DNA from: Camelus dromedarius
Lineage: Eukaryota
NCBI RefSeq assembly: GCF_036321535.1
Contig: NC_087436.1
Location: forward strand, 27,964,001 to 28,028,000
Direction of reading: 5' to 3'
Length of the DNA: 64,000 nucleotides
In this document: positions 25,426 through 39,195 of the stretch, one piece after another
Position numbering within the stretch: the first letter of the stretch is position 1
Layout of the letters: every line of letters starts with the position of its first letter
Program-made: the position numbers and the translations under genes
Notes under the pieces: generated by a model
Told to the model about the DNA's origin: nothing
Databases searched by the model: none
Seen by the model: the letters and a program-made list of their open reading frames with translations, nothing else

Positions 25426-28364
25426 TCAGGACACTGCACATTCACCTGTCAGTTGTCTTTCGGTGACATGAAAACACATCACCTAATGAAATCAGTTTCC
25501 AAGGGAGAATATCCAACAGCAGCTGTGTTATTAAAAGCAAATTACCATATTAATATCCTTGGAAACACTGAATTATTATATTAAATAACCACTATGGCCT
25601 AAAAAATGCCATCAATTGTTTACAAAGTATAGATAAAATAGAACTGAAATGTGAAAACAGGACCAGAGGCTGACTCTTCCACTCTCCCACATTTCCTTTC
25701 TCAATTGCACCAAACGTTATCTGTTGGAAGGGAAAAAAGGGTAAGTTGCACTCTAGATGCAAGTTACTGGAAAAATACATGCCTGGAGATTTACAGATAT
25801 TAAACTAAATTAGCAAACCACATTTTTGAAAAGAATAAAAACAGATGAATAATGTAAAATTGGTTTCCCACATAAAACTGGAAGAAGCAGACTTTCTGTA
25901 CCCATTTACAGAGGTATATTTATGGCCTTCATGCTCTGCTGTAGCCACACAGTATTAAGCTGTTAGCTTCCACTCTCATTTGAAAGATAACAGCTGGCAG
26001 ATCTGGCAGACTGTAAGCTGCCAATCATTTAAAGAGCTGCATTTGTCTGGATTAAATAAGCACCAGTTATTAAAGCTAGGCTTTGACATCCAGGAGAGCT
26101 TGCGATTGTCTTTAGATGGCAATGGAGATCTGTCTGCACCAGGTCAGCCCTGAATGTCTCTGTTACAGTCAGAGGCCAGTGAAAGGAAAACAATGTTCCA
26201 GGTTACCAAGTAACATTGCTGTTACTAGTTTTTGGCTAAAGAAATTCTATTCACAGATGGAAAAGTTTGTATTTCTCACTTGGAAAGTATACTGTAAGTA
26301 CCATAGGAGAAGCTATAAGTATCATTATTCATGTGAGCCACTCCTTTGAAAGGCTTTCAGGTTAGACTGCTGTGATAGTAGTATAGCTAGAAATTGAAAA
26401 CACCCAATTCCATGAGAAAGAATAAGAATTTCAGCATGAGACATGATAACGTATTCTCTGCAACCTTTTGTCTAGTTAAAGCAATGTTTGCTACCACAAT
26501 GGGATAGATAATCTATTCCAGTTTAAGAATTTCCACTTGTCAAAATTAATTTATATATTTGTTTGTTGGGTATTATATCTTGTGTGATAGATTTCTAAAT
26601 GATGTACTGTTTCAAAATCTTAATGTGGTCTTCATTTCTAGCTATTGTTCAGTAGTACTGGTCTGAATAGTAATCTTTTACTAAAAATAAACCATAAATT
26701 GTGACAGGACTGTGGTTATTCATGTGAAATTTCCAAAAGTCTTTCTGAGAAGTATAGACAGCTATGTATCTGTCTTACCAAAGACAGGGAAAGCAGCTGA
26801 GGAAGAGAAATGTTAAGAGTTTGTTTTTCTGTGACTCTTTATTACTTAGTTAGAAGGGGGGTAAATATCATAAGCACTTTTTTTCATAATTCAAAGTACC
26901 TGCCATAGGAAAAAAAAAAAGAGGCTATGGGGGAATACCAATGAAGCAGTTTTGATGAATACTAACAGGTAACTTTAGGTAACATCTTTATGCCACCCTA
27001 CTCAGTGTCTTTAGGAATTGTGGAACTAAATGTTCATAAGGTTGAATTATTCCATTAAAATATGCTACCTCTATGCAGCTTTCTGTTCCTCTGCAAACCA
27101 GATTTATCCCATTACATAGATATGAACAATATGTAATGTGAAAGATGTTATCAATGTTTAAATAGAAATATTTTCAATGATTTTGTTTACTCTTTTAAAG
27201 CTAGCAGTACATAGGTGAACATTTATTTATAAAGATAATTGATTAAATGCAATTAAAGAAAGCTTTTGCCTGGAAAATTCAACTTATTTAAGCTAAAACA
27301 TGTTTGGTTCCCAAATTAACTCAGTAATTGGCACAACTTTTTTTATTATACATGCAGATACAAATCAGAATCTAAATTCTTCCATAACAATATACTAATA
27401 AAGGCTTATCTTACACTTCCAGTTTCATTATGTCTTTAGATCTAAACTATGTCCAGTTCAATGACAATTTCACACAAAGTTGTGACATCTAAATCTAAAA
27501 CAAAGTTTTGGAAACAATAAAACTGCATTTTATTTGTTCATACATTTTAAAACATATAAGAAAAGAGGCATGTATATAGTAAGGACACACTTTTAAGATT
27601 ACAAATCAGGCATTAAGATTGTTTTAAGTTGTTTATTCAAATATATTATCATAGTATTTATTTGAATGAGTTAAGTATATGGTGAATTTTAAAACATTTA
27701 CACTTTCTAAACAATAGATATTTTAACATATATTTAGTAATGCAATTGGAACATGTGGTAATTAAGGCTTTATAAAATCTAATACTTCAAATTATAAAGA
27801 GAAAATTTATATGAAATGCTTGTATATTTTATTCTTTTTAATTATACAGAATTGATATTCTTTGCAATGAAAACTGATTATCATCTAACTATATTCATAT
27901 TTTCAGAATCATTATGAAGGAAAATAAATCTGCATAGTAGAACCATGCAAATGTTTTTGATAGATATTAAATATATATCATAAAGTTATGGAATGACACG
28001 AACTCTTAAGACATGTCATCCATATCATTTAATTTTGAGAAATATTTGTTCAACTACATTAATCAATTGAAATTATTTGAGAAAAGGAATAAAATATTTC
28101 AACAAGGTTTATGCAGATTTTTAAAAATTTTACAATTTTTAGCATATGTCTACAGTAAAGAAATTTTAAAAGTAAAAACAAATACTATTTAATAAACATA
28201 ATATTCACTTATATGTTTTTGGTATGTTTATTTAACTAGGCTTTATAGATAGGGATTTTGGTATTTCTAGTTTTTTGCATATACTAATAATCTCATGGTG
28301 AAAATAGACTTTTGGCATATGTATGGCATTCTTGAATCAAAAGACATGTCCGTTAAAACTGGGA

Positions 28365-28730
28365 TAGATATCAGCAAGTTGCCTGTCAAGACTGTATCAA
28401 TTTATACTCCCATTAGCAGTATAAAGTGATCCCTGAATTCCTAACTCTTGAAAACCTTATATGATATTTCATTATTGTTCTACTTTGCAGTTTTAAAAAT
28501 TTAATTTCTATGGTTAGGGTTAATTTAATTCATTTTTCTCTGAAATTAACTTTATTTTCATCATATAACTTTAAATTTTCTTGATTTTTAAATGATTTTT
28601 TAAAGCATAAGGTCAGCAGTTTATGGACAAATTTTGATCTCATTCTTTATGGTATCTAAATGTGTAGAGTTGAAAGGCTTCCTAACTCTAATCGTATAGA
28701 AAGGGTACCGATACTTTTGATTTTAGGTTT
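28365..28730 (-). mobile_element. Ancient L1 (L1ME-like) fragment
   Basis: CTGTATCAATTTATACTCCCATTAGCAGTATAAAGTG is a recognisable reverse-strand L1 ORF2 C-terminal motif. Confidence 0.6.
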
Positions 28731-30234
28731 TATAGTAACTTGATTTACAAGAAATATACTTTACATGCAAAAGATTCTTAAGATAACAAAAATTGAAAGG
28801 AAAGAAAAGTCCCTATATATTTTTTAAACTTGTCAGTGTTTTCATATTGAAATAAATACAATTTTTAATCCAAAAATTAGCCTGAGTTTATTCATTTCTT
28901 CCTCCCTCTCTTTTTCTGTCCTTTCTTCTTTCCAGCACGTATCTGTTAATCAGTTAACATGTTTGAGGGTATATGTTCACGCAAGTTTGCTATAACAATA
29001 AGGATTCCTCAAGACACATGATGTATAGTGAACCTTATCCCTAAAAACTTCCTTCAATGCCCTTCATGTCAGAACTCAGTTTGTAACTTTTCCAGCCATT
29101 TAGAAAAGTATTATAAAGAAATTCAGTAACTGTTTCTAAACAATGACATACAAGAAAAAAATCTGGATTTCAAAGATTTTGAAAGCCACAAGCATGCAAT
29201 CCAAATTCAATTTATTGATTAGGAAGATTTTCTTGTGTCTCAGATCTGTTCCTATTTTATGAGTACATGTTGAGCAGGGAATCAAAGAAAAAAATCTCCC
29301 TATTTTTATTTTAACTTTTAACACCAGCCTAAACTTTATCAAAATAAAATAAGGTTGATTATACAAGTAAAAAAAAAATCAGTGATTTTTTTATCCAATG
29401 ACTCATGCATTAGATTGATTAATTGTATACCTGTTATTAAAGGTTAATATGCATTAAATTCCAAAGGAGTTAGAATCAATAATGCAATGTTCCTTGTATT
29501 AATTCTGTAAAATAGCTTCAGCTTAATTTTAGATGAATGTGTATAAATGTGTGATCTCAAAAAGCTCCATGATGTTTTATTAGAACTATTCTATATTTAA
29601 CAGGAAAAAAAAAAAAAAGACTTCTTACTATTTCTAAATAATGTGCAGTCTCTATTCTTAAAAATTTTGAATATTTTCTAATTATAAATTCAGATATAGG
29701 TCAAATGTTATTTGATTGTTATATTAAAATCTTTAAGTGATTAGATTCTTAAACAGTGTATCTGAAAGTGCAAAAATGGATTATTTGGACTGCCTCTGTG
29801 CTTACAGCTTGTCGATGATTCCCAGTGGCCTGTAAATAATCAGTTTAATAAACTCACTGGTAATTCTTAAAGATCCAAGAGCTTGTCTACTTTATACTAC
29901 TTAATTGTTTTCACCTAGGAAAAACAAACAACTCACACACATAAGCTTATGCTTTGTCACCCATTTTTACCCAGATGACAGGAGGAAAGAAGGAAAGAAG
30001 GAAGAAAAGGAAAGATTCTTAACTTATTTGAGAAATTCTATAAATACATATAGTATTACTTCCATTATACAAATAATGAGAATGTGGCATTAGAGTTGTC
30101 AAATATTTTTCTCTAATTAAAATAACTTTAAAATATTCTTTATTAGAATTCTTGTACACTGTTGATAAAAGTTAGCATGGCATAATTTAATAAATTTAAT
30201 GTCATAGCATTTCCACTCTTTTGTATTTTCTCAG

Positions 30235-30710
30235 CTGAAAACATATGTATATATACACAACTGAATTAGAGTATTTAAAGCAACTTTTCTCATAATGCTA
30301 AAAAACTGGAAATATACTAACTGTCCACCAACAAGAGAATGGTTAAAATTTTTGTATTTATACAAATGTATTTCTAGTCAGCAACAGATAGAAACAAATA
30401 ATTGATATATGCAATTACATGGATGAGTCAAAACCACTATGCTGATCAAAAGACATATTGTATGAGTCCATATACATGAATGCCTAAATCAGGTAAACCA
30501 GCTAGAGTGAAATAAATCAAAACAGTAGATGCCTCTATGGGATGGGAAGCAGGGGGAAAGCAATGAACTGGGAAGGAATATAACTTTAGGAGGTGCCAGA
30601 AATGATCTATATCTTAATCTGCACAGTGATTTCATGGTTGTATACATAGGTTAATATTCATCCAGCTGTAACACTTTATTGATGTGAATTATACTGTATA
30701 TAAAATAAAC
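30235..30710 (+). mobile_element. Ancient L1 (L1ME-like) 3' end
   Basis: AACTGGAAA..ACTGTCCACCAACAAGAGAATGG...ACATGGATGAGTC...ATATTGTATGAGTCCATATACATGAA...GAAATGATCTATATCTTAATCTG. Confidence 0.85.
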
Positions 30711-31114
30711 CCCAAATAACGGAAATGGTCTTAAAAATGTTCTAAGCACGGAATATCAAACATTATTTTGTATCTAATATCGGTTAACATTTCTTTCCTA
30801 ATGTATTTATCCCCACTTTACAAAACTGTCTTATGTTTCCACTGAATTTTTGAAAAAGATAGTTTTCAAACTACATGAAGCATTACAGAGTAACATAATC
30901 TTTCCAAACGTGTCTTAGTCATTCTATCCATTCCCAAAGGCATCAACTGTTACTAATTTCTCCTATACAGTTCTACAGATGAATTTTGCATGTAGAAACA
31001 TATGCATAATATATGTTCCCCCATTAACCATAAGAAATATTGTGCTATATCTATGTTTTCTCCCTTCTTTTCACTTAATACAGGTAGGAGACATTTTCTT
31101 TTCTTTACATACAG

Positions 31115-31430
31115 TGTATGACAATTTTAACATATGTCTGCAAATACTTTGAAACTCTTTCCATCAACAGCAGGGGTCTGTAACCTCTTTCCTTTGAACG
31201 AAAACAGAACTTAGTGACACATATGTAATTAATTTCTGAATTTAGGTCAGAAAAGGTCATTCAGCATCCAGCTGGTTTACTCTGGGGAAAGTCCAGAGGT
31301 CAGGAGACTCTAAGACACAGAGCCCAGCAAATCTCTACCAAATTCTTGAGTCCATAAAAGTGGGAATGAAATACAATTGTTATTTTAAGCCACAAAGATC
31401 TGCAGTGGTTTATTAACCACTGCATTGATT
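31115..31430 (+). mobile_element. MaLR LTR (MLT1G/H-like), internally deleted
   Basis: CTGCAAATACTTTGAAACTCTTTCCATC..GGGTCTGT...TAGGTCAGAAAAGG...CCAAATTCTTGAGTCCATAAAA..TTGTTATTTTAAGCCAC. Confidence 0.75.
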
Positions 31431-32666
31431 TGTGCTTAATATGTTGATATACTTTATATGTGTACAGTGTTTTGATACTATTCAAAATAGTTTCCTTATT
31501 CTTTCTAACCTGTCTAACCTATAGCATTGTGTATACAATAACATATGATCATTGTGGATCATTAATGTTTTATTAGTGGATTTACCATTAATGGATATTA
31601 AAGTTAGGTTCAATACTTTGTGACTGTTTTTGAAAAATGTTGAGTACATTTTTCCTACATTCCTTCTCTGATTCATGGCCACATATCTATAGGATATATT
31701 CAGAAAAGAATTTCAGGATCAGAGAGTAGGTGTAATTAGAATCTTCAAAAATGTTTTCAAAATTGCCCTTTCTAAGTATTTTATCAATCTGTATATTTAC
31801 CCACAATTTATAAGAATATATATTTATTTAATAACTTTGATAATACAGTTAGCAAACTTGAATTTTTGTCAGTCTTACCATTGAAATTATATTTATGTGC
31901 ACTCTTTAAGTTCTGTAATTTTGAGAGATTTAGCTTCTTTTTATCCTTAAGAGCCTTGTTCATTCACCTATGAATTATTTAAAATATGATTATTTGTCTT
32001 TTTCTCATCCATTAGTAGAAAGATATGTTAATTAATTAACTACTGCCTTTCAGATGAGCTGCAAATATATTTTCCCAAGAATTAGGGTTTTTAAACTTTA
32101 ATTAAAATTTTTTCATAATTTTTATCTTATATAGCAAATTTGTCAATTATTTCTTTTATAATGTCTGATACTTTTGTTTCATGTTGAGACACACTTTTCC
32201 TACTTTGTTTCTGAAAAAGTTTTCCAAGTCTTTTTCCACCACTTGTATTGCTTCAGAATTTTTAGTTAAGTCTTTGATTTATTTGGAATATACCATATCC
32301 TGATGTAATTTTGGATAAAAGTTCCAAAATTGTGCTTTCCCTATGTGGGGTACCCAGATTTTCCAACATAATTTATTGAATAATCCATCTCCTAACATAA
32401 GTTGAAATGCCATCTTTACTATATATTTAACTATCAAATATATATTTTCTTCAATATCCATTCTTTTCATTGATATGTGTACATCAAAACCACACTTTAT
32501 TAGCTATACTGATTTTGTACCGTGATTTAACAAGTAAGGTTAGTCTTCAATTACTTCTCTTCTTTTTAAAATGTTCATGATTACTGTTGCAAGTTAGCTT
32601 TCCATATAAGCCTGGAATTAGATCATCTATTTCCTATTAAAAATACTAACAAGTAGTGCTGCTATT

Positions 32667-33209
32667 ATACTGTTTACAATAGCCAAGACATGGAAACAAT
32701 CCAAGAGCCCATCAACAGATTATTGGTTTAAGAAGATGTGTCTATATACACATACAAATATATATAATGGAATATTACTCAGCCATAAAAAGATAAAATA
32801 TTGACATTTACAGCCAAATGAATGGATCTAAAAAAATAACATACTTAGTGAGGTAAGTCACGCAGAGAAAGATAAATATTACATGATATCACTTATATGT
32901 GGAATCTAAAAAGTAATATAAATGAATCTACATACAAAACAGAAACAGACTCACAAACATAGGAAAAAAACTTACGGTTACCAAAGGGGAAAGAATGGGG
33001 AGGGATAAATTAGGAGTGTGGAATTAACAGATATAAACTACTATACATAAAAATAGATAAGCAACAAGGGTTTACTGTATAACGCAGAGAACTATATTCA
33101 ATATCTTATAATTACCTATACTAGAAAATAATAAGAAATATATATACTTGAATAACTTCTGTACAACTAAAACTAACAGAATTGTAAATCAATTATACTT
33201 TAATAAAAA
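32667..33209 (+). mobile_element. 5'-truncated young LINE-1 (3' 540 bp)
   Basis: TTTACAATAGCCAAGACATGGAAACAA...GGAATATTACTCAGCCATAAAAA...AAACAGACTCACAAACATAG...ATTGTAAATCAATTATACTTTAATAAAAA; homologous to 7335-7889. Confidence 0.95.
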
Positions 33210-33835
33210 TGTATATAGTGAAACAACAAGCACAAAAATCACCTGTTGATATTTTTATTGATATCACCTTAAGTGCGTGAATATATTTAAAGAAAACAAT
33301 GAATTTTTTTTTTAATTTTGAATGTCTGTCAAATACCTTTCCATTTCTTCCAAGGTTATTTTATGCCCCTTAAGAATGTCTTCAGGTAGATTTTAATATT
33401 CATTCTGAATTAATTTTGATATATAATATTTCTATTGCTTTTGAAATGAATTATTTTATTATCAGTGTTGTGTGTATAAAGTTAGTGATTAATTACATTT
33501 TGTCCTATCATTTCATACATACTCTTCTTTTGTAACAGAAATTGGTATAATCCCATTTTCCAAGTGTATTAGCATATCTTACGCAGAATTAAAAAATATT
33601 TCTTATCCATGTTTCATATTTTTCATTTCTTTCTCTGATCTAAACAGATTAACTAGTAATTTCAGAATAATACTAGTTTATTGATAGTATACAGTTTTGT
33701 GAGGATGATGCTTGTGTTCGCTTAGTAAAACAACACTGGCTTTTTAGGTGAAGTAGATATAGACAAATTTGCTGTTGTTATTGTTGTTTTTTTAATTACT
33801 GAGGATGTATTTATTTATTCCTAATTTATTAAGGA

Positions 33836-33873
33836 TGTGTGTGTGTGTGTGCATGTGTGCATGTGTGCATGTG
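33836..33873 (+). repeat. (TG)n / TGTGCA simple repeat
   Basis: TGTGTGTGTGTGTGTGCATGTGTGCATGTGTGCATGTG. Confidence 0.9.
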
Positions 33874-34924
33874 GGTATGCTGACTTAGAATTCTTCACAC
33901 CAGCCTAGGAATTTCTCTAATTGTACATTCCAAACAGCATTTTTGTAGGCTCCCCATCTGTTTCAATCCTAAAGACCCTATAATCAATTAGCCTTCTCCA
34001 CAATTCTCTGCTGATCAAAACACTCTGTTTACTAATCTGTCCCTGTGGCCTGGTTATGATAATTTCACCCACCATTGATTCTACTGGGCTCTCTGAAGGT
34101 TAAGTGCTACCAACTGACTTCAAAGCGTTCAGAATGCTCATTATTTCCATTGAAAGCAGGGGGCCCAATTTCATTTGCAACATCTCCTAGAGTCATCTCT
34201 AGCCTAGAAAGAAAAAATAATAAACCCAGAGATTTTCAGAGATGATGATGCACGTCCCTCTTCCTTTCCTCTAATGCATTTCTTAGTTTCTTCAGCATTT
34301 CTACTGCTGAAGGAAATGTATTTCAGACCCTACTGTGGAATATAGTTGTGTGTAAGGTTCCTGAGCATACACTGGACTCAGTTTTGATTCCAGCTTCAAA
34401 TAACCAGCCTAGACACTCTTAATGTCACTCACAGATTTTTAAGCCAACATATTGAGTTCCATACCACTAACAGAGAAAACTTTGCTTCCTCTTCATTAGT
34501 CTAATTATTTTAACATCCACTCTTCTACATGATCCGGAGACCCCTGCCATCACAAATTGTTAAGATTTTGCAACTCTTTCAAAATATAGACATCTTCTTC
34601 TGGACCAGGTTATGCTGAAATTTAATTTTTATATATTTTAAAGACAATGAATATGTATTAAAGGCAACTGACATCTCTTTGTGAGACAACTGCTTCAAAG
34701 TCATTAAAATGTATTCATGCATGGAAAAACTCAGATGGGACATAGGACATGCTTTTCTCAACAAGTAGTATTCAGGGATTATTGGGGATTCTCAGTCCTA
34801 TCTGGTACCTCTCAGTGTTTCCATCCCATTCTTCAAAGACCCCAAATCCCTCAAATATGTGAGTATCTCAATTCCTAAATCCCACTCTTAGGATCTATGT
34901 TCAAAATTATTTCTGGTATAAATT

Positions 34925-35368
34925 ATAGAATCATTGGAGGTTGAAAACGAAAAGATGGAATACTCAAATGTATATATGAAGACGGTATTTACAAGGGTGT
35001 GTGAAAATATTTACAAGCATAGGGGTTGTTAGGGGACTCAACAAGAGTAGCTAAGGCAACCGAGGACTAGCAAGAGCACCTTCATTCCTAATGGGAGAAG
35101 AGCCTTATATAGTGAGCTTCCTGATGGAAGCTGTAACCTTTAATAGATTAAACTGGTCTGTTACGGAGAGGACTGGGATACTAAATACTCAAACTCCCTC
35201 TCCCACTTCCATTGGAGGCCCCACTATTTCCTCCCATGAGCCCAACCTTATTTATCACAGAAGACAAACGTATCCTGCTGATTCAGAACAAAAGTGTCAG
35301 CCTTCCAGAAACAAAGGAAGTGAGGAAGAAGAGTAAAGGAGACTAGGAATACATATACTAATACACAG
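34925..35368 (-). mobile_element. Ancient ERVL LTR, LTR33-like
   Basis: AGATGGAATACTCAAAT...TATTTACAAG..AGGGGACTCAACAAGAG..GAGGACTAGCAA...GTCAGCCTTCCAGAAACAAAGG resembles recalled reverse-strand LTR33; GC-richer than the flanks. Confidence 0.55.
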
Positions 35369-35515
35369 CTCAATGATATTTAGCCTGTCTCTACTGCCTC
35401 TTGCACTTTGGGTCCAGAGAAGCCCTTGCCACAGGCTGCTATATCTACATTCCTGTTAATGCACACTAGGAACTTAGGTTTTTAGTTCACGGTATGTCAT
35501 TCATCTTTATGTTTA

Positions 35516-35768
35516 TAGTTGACCCTTGAACGATGTGGAGGTTAAGGTCACTGACACTCTGTGCAGCCAAAAATCTGTATAATTTGCTGCCTGTTCTTTG
35601 TAGAGTGATTCCTCCATATCAGAAGTTCCTCCATATCACTGTTTCCACATGTACAAGTTCAATCAACTCTAGTTCATGTAGTATGGTAGTGTTTAGCATT
35701 GAAAACAATTCCAGTGGTATAAGTGGACCCACTTAGTTCAAACTCACATTGTTCAAGTGTTACCTCTG
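35516..35768. mobile_element. MER8/Tigger2-derived non-autonomous DNA transposon
   Basis: Terminal inverted repeats TAGTTGACCCTTGAAC and GTTCAAGTGTTACCTCTG, TA flanks at 35514-35515 and 35769-35770, and internal GTATAAGTGGACCCAC..AGTTCAAAC. Confidence 0.9.
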
Positions 35769-38144
35769 TAATGGCTCTTCCATATATGAATCACATGTAT
35801 AGGTTTTATTCTGTCTCTTACTTTCTCCTGCATGCTTCATGACTAATCTCCACTAGTTTGGTAGCCATAATCCTCTTCAGGGATATCTAGATTTTAACTG
35901 TCTCTGAAATCTGTTTTTCATTTTTCTTGTTACTTTGAAACAGAGACAGAAATGCTAATTTTATAGCATTATATTCAGGTTGGAAGTACTCACATCAAAT
36001 GCTTTTCTACACCTTCCTTTATTTGGAATAAATTATATCAAATGCGTCAACATTTCTTAAGTGAACCATGTACCAAATTAAACTATTGATAAATAAAAAA
36101 CAGACTAAAACAAGAAATCGTATAAACCAGTAACAAGAAATGCTTTTAGATGTTATAAATTTGTATTTAATTATCTATTTCATGATAGTTTTCCACAGCA
36201 AAATGTGCATTCTTCAAAAACCCCAATACAGATATGATCTGAAATCCTCTGGAATATTTTAATATTGTATGTAAGTTTAGTAAGATTTCAACTTAGAATT
36301 CAAGTCTAAATCAAGTATGAAATTATTTATTTTAAATTAAAATTAATTATTTTGAGTTGGAATTATGTTTTTTTTACTCTTAATACACTAAATTTTGTTA
36401 AACATTATAAATATTTTAAATATTACATATTTCAAAAATATCAATGCTGTAGGTATGATTCACTTAAACTTTTCTAAATTTAATTCTAAATATCCTTTCA
36501 GTTAGAAGTTGATTGTCCACTAAGGAAGTAACTATACACTTCAAAATCATCAGGATGACCATCTCTGTTGGTCAAGCTCTCAACACTAGTGTAGGTTTAT
36601 TCAAAATAATGATTGGCTTCTTGTCTATTACAGTGATATGCACAGATAGCCCATTTGTGTTCATTATGCCAATGACTCTGTAAACCAAAGGTGATTACAT
36701 AGTCTTTGTCCATATATTATACTAACTTATATTTGTAACCTCTTAATTGAGTGATTAAATAACTTGAATGTATTTTTATAGGGTTTTTTGGCTCTTAAAA
36801 TGTGCAAAATTCTCGCATATTAGATATTAACATAAAAGCTAATTATTACTATCTTTTTAAGTTTTATTTGACTATGGAATCACAACTTCTAAAATCATTC
36901 TAACTACAGTACTTATTTATTTTGTTTTATTTTCCTGTACTCAATCCCAGGCAGGAACACATCATTTCATTAGTTCATGACATCTTTCATAACAAAGGAA
37001 AGACATAAAATTGCCCTACATACAAGTATTCTCTTCAGTTAAAATTTCTTCACTCTGAGACATATGGATCGTTTATCAAATCTAACTATCAATTCCCAAA
37101 TTATTAATAACATTTTAACTTAATTATTTAAGATTATATAATTTAAATTAACTATAAACCATATGCCCCATGTCTGTAGCAAGATTTATTCAAATGAAGT
37201 TAATAGTATGTATTTTTAAAAGTTGTCTTCTGGTATTAGTAAAATATGCTCCTAGGTTCTTTAACTGGATACTACATCAGCCATTCCAAATACAATCAGC
37301 CGTCTATTCATATGTTCTGTGACTCTTTATCGCACCAAAAAAAGTATGCTATGTTTTATGATGATGAATATTTCAGTGATAAAGATTGGTTTTCTTTGTC
37401 ACTGCCATTGAAAAGATGAATAACTCTAGCTTACCTAGATCCTGGCAAGTATTAGAAAATTCAAACAAAATCATGTATTTTTAAAACTTTCAGGTAGAAA
37501 TGTAGGTGCCCTTATCTTAAACTTATCTTAAAATTAGTAGTATATTTAGGATTATACGCTCCCTCAATTTGGGTTACGTGAGGTTTTAATAGCTCTTTTA
37601 TTTCTCCTAAATCTTATTCTATTTACTTATTTATCTTTTTATTTATTTATTTTTCGGAGAAGAGCACATTTGCTTCCAAGTATCAGTGATTTCTATTTTT
37701 CCTATCTCCTTAATAAATAATAAAAAAATATTATACCAATGATTATCTACATGAGGGTTAATTGTGCAGTCTCAAAAATGAGTTGATAAAATGTGGTGAC
37801 ACTTGATTAGACACTGCACTCATGGCTCAGCTGGGCAATTTCTACTGTTTTGTGTACTCTGAATCAGAGAGATATTTACTTTTTATTCATCCAAGCTTTC
37901 CTAACCATCACTTTTCACCATACAATAAGCCAGACTGTAGATTATTTAGTATCATTCACAATTTTCAATAAAAAAACTAAATAAAGAGGATATTAAGACA
38001 ATAATATGCAAACTACCTGTTTGGAATACCCTGGGCCAGTGTCCTCCTGTATGTGAAAGAGAAAAATACGTCTTAATATGTATTCATCTGACAAATGAAG
38101 CAAGGGCTACTCTGTGGTATGCAAAGAACAGCATCCATCATGGA

Positions 38145-38208
38145 AAGAAACCCAGCAGAGTGTTCAGCATATACTAGTAACCCAATAAACATGTGTTGAA
38201 TGAATGAA
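38145..38208 (+). mobile_element. L2 3' tail
   Basis: CCCAGCAGAGTGTTCAGCATATACTAGTAACCCAATAAACATGTGTTGAATGAATGAA. Confidence 0.75.
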
Positions 38209-38571
38209 GGAACATGAGAAGAAAAAATCCGAATAACACTAAGTTTTAAACTGTGGAATACAGCATAATGGCTATTGAAATAGATCAAGCTAACTATCAT
38301 TAGAAGAGACATATGGCTGTCTTTTAAACTCACAATAATGGAAAACTGGGAAATTCTGGAAATACTCATATCAGGTGGATTGCAAATTATAAAATCAGTA
38401 ATGTAGATATATCTTTTAGTATATCAAGATTTTGTTGCACGAAATTAGATTTATTCAAAATATAATTACTTTGTAAAAACCAAACAAGGTAGCATTGCTG
38501 GTAAGAAAAATGCTTTTATCTCCAGGCATATTTTGTAGAGACTGTATTTTATCATCTGACATAAAAGTGTT

Positions 38572-39195
38572 GGTAACAGCTATCATTTATTAAGTGGTTA
38601 TTTGATGCCAGGCAGTGTGAAAAGTGCTTACACGATATGTTAATTAGTCAGGATGTGCCACCTGCCATAGAAATACATAAAACTATCACTGACAATATCA
38701 TAAATGTTATGGCTCATTCAGAATATAGTGTAATGGTTCTGGGAGGGGTGATGACAGGGAAGCGGTTTCTGCTTCACATGTTCATTCAGAGACCCAAGTT
38801 ATTTCTACCTTGTGGTATTTGACCGTTTTTAACATGTAACCTCTAATTTTTCTGTTGCTGGGAAGAGAAGAAAGTGAACAAAGCACACCTTCTCCTAAAT
38901 ACCTCGGCCCGGGAGTACTGCAACTCACTTTTGCACATGGGCCACAGCAAGAACAAACTGCACAACTACCTGTATGCAAAGAAGCAAATGATCATATTTA
39001 AAAGTTGGTCCAAGAAGAGGAAGCGTGTTTAGTATCTGTCTAATATCTGCCACACAAGTGAGCAACTTCATGTAATATCTTGTAATATTCTTATGGTCAA
39101 TGTTATGCACAGTATATTTCCCCCACCAAGAGCTGAAAAAAGAAGCTTACAATACTTGTAAATTTATGATAGAATTATACTATGCCAGAATAAGT
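38572..39195 (-). mobile_element. MIR SINE split by an MLT1 insertion (halves ~38572-38637 and ~39060-39195)
   Basis: AACAGCTATCATTTATTAAGTGGTTATTTGATGCCAGGCAGTGTGAAAAGTGCTTACA is the reverse MIR tail; a weaker continuation follows the LTR. Confidence 0.65.
38638..39053 (-). mobile_element. MaLR LTR (MLT1J/K-like)
   Basis: TGTTAATTAGTCAGGAT...TCATTCAGAGACCCAAG...CACTTTTGCACATG...ending TCTGCCACA. Confidence 0.7.

Larger units (their letters stand above)
30920..33830 (-). mobile_element. Ancient L1 (L1ME-like), interrupted by two later insertions
   Basis: Colinear reverse L1 motifs: ACTGTTACTAATTTC, TTTTCACTTAATA, GGATATTAAAGTTAGGTTCAATACTTTG, CCAACATAATTTATTGAATAATCCATC, TTCCATATAAGCCTGGAATTAG, TTTATTCCTAATTTATTAAGGA. 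Confidence 0.75.
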
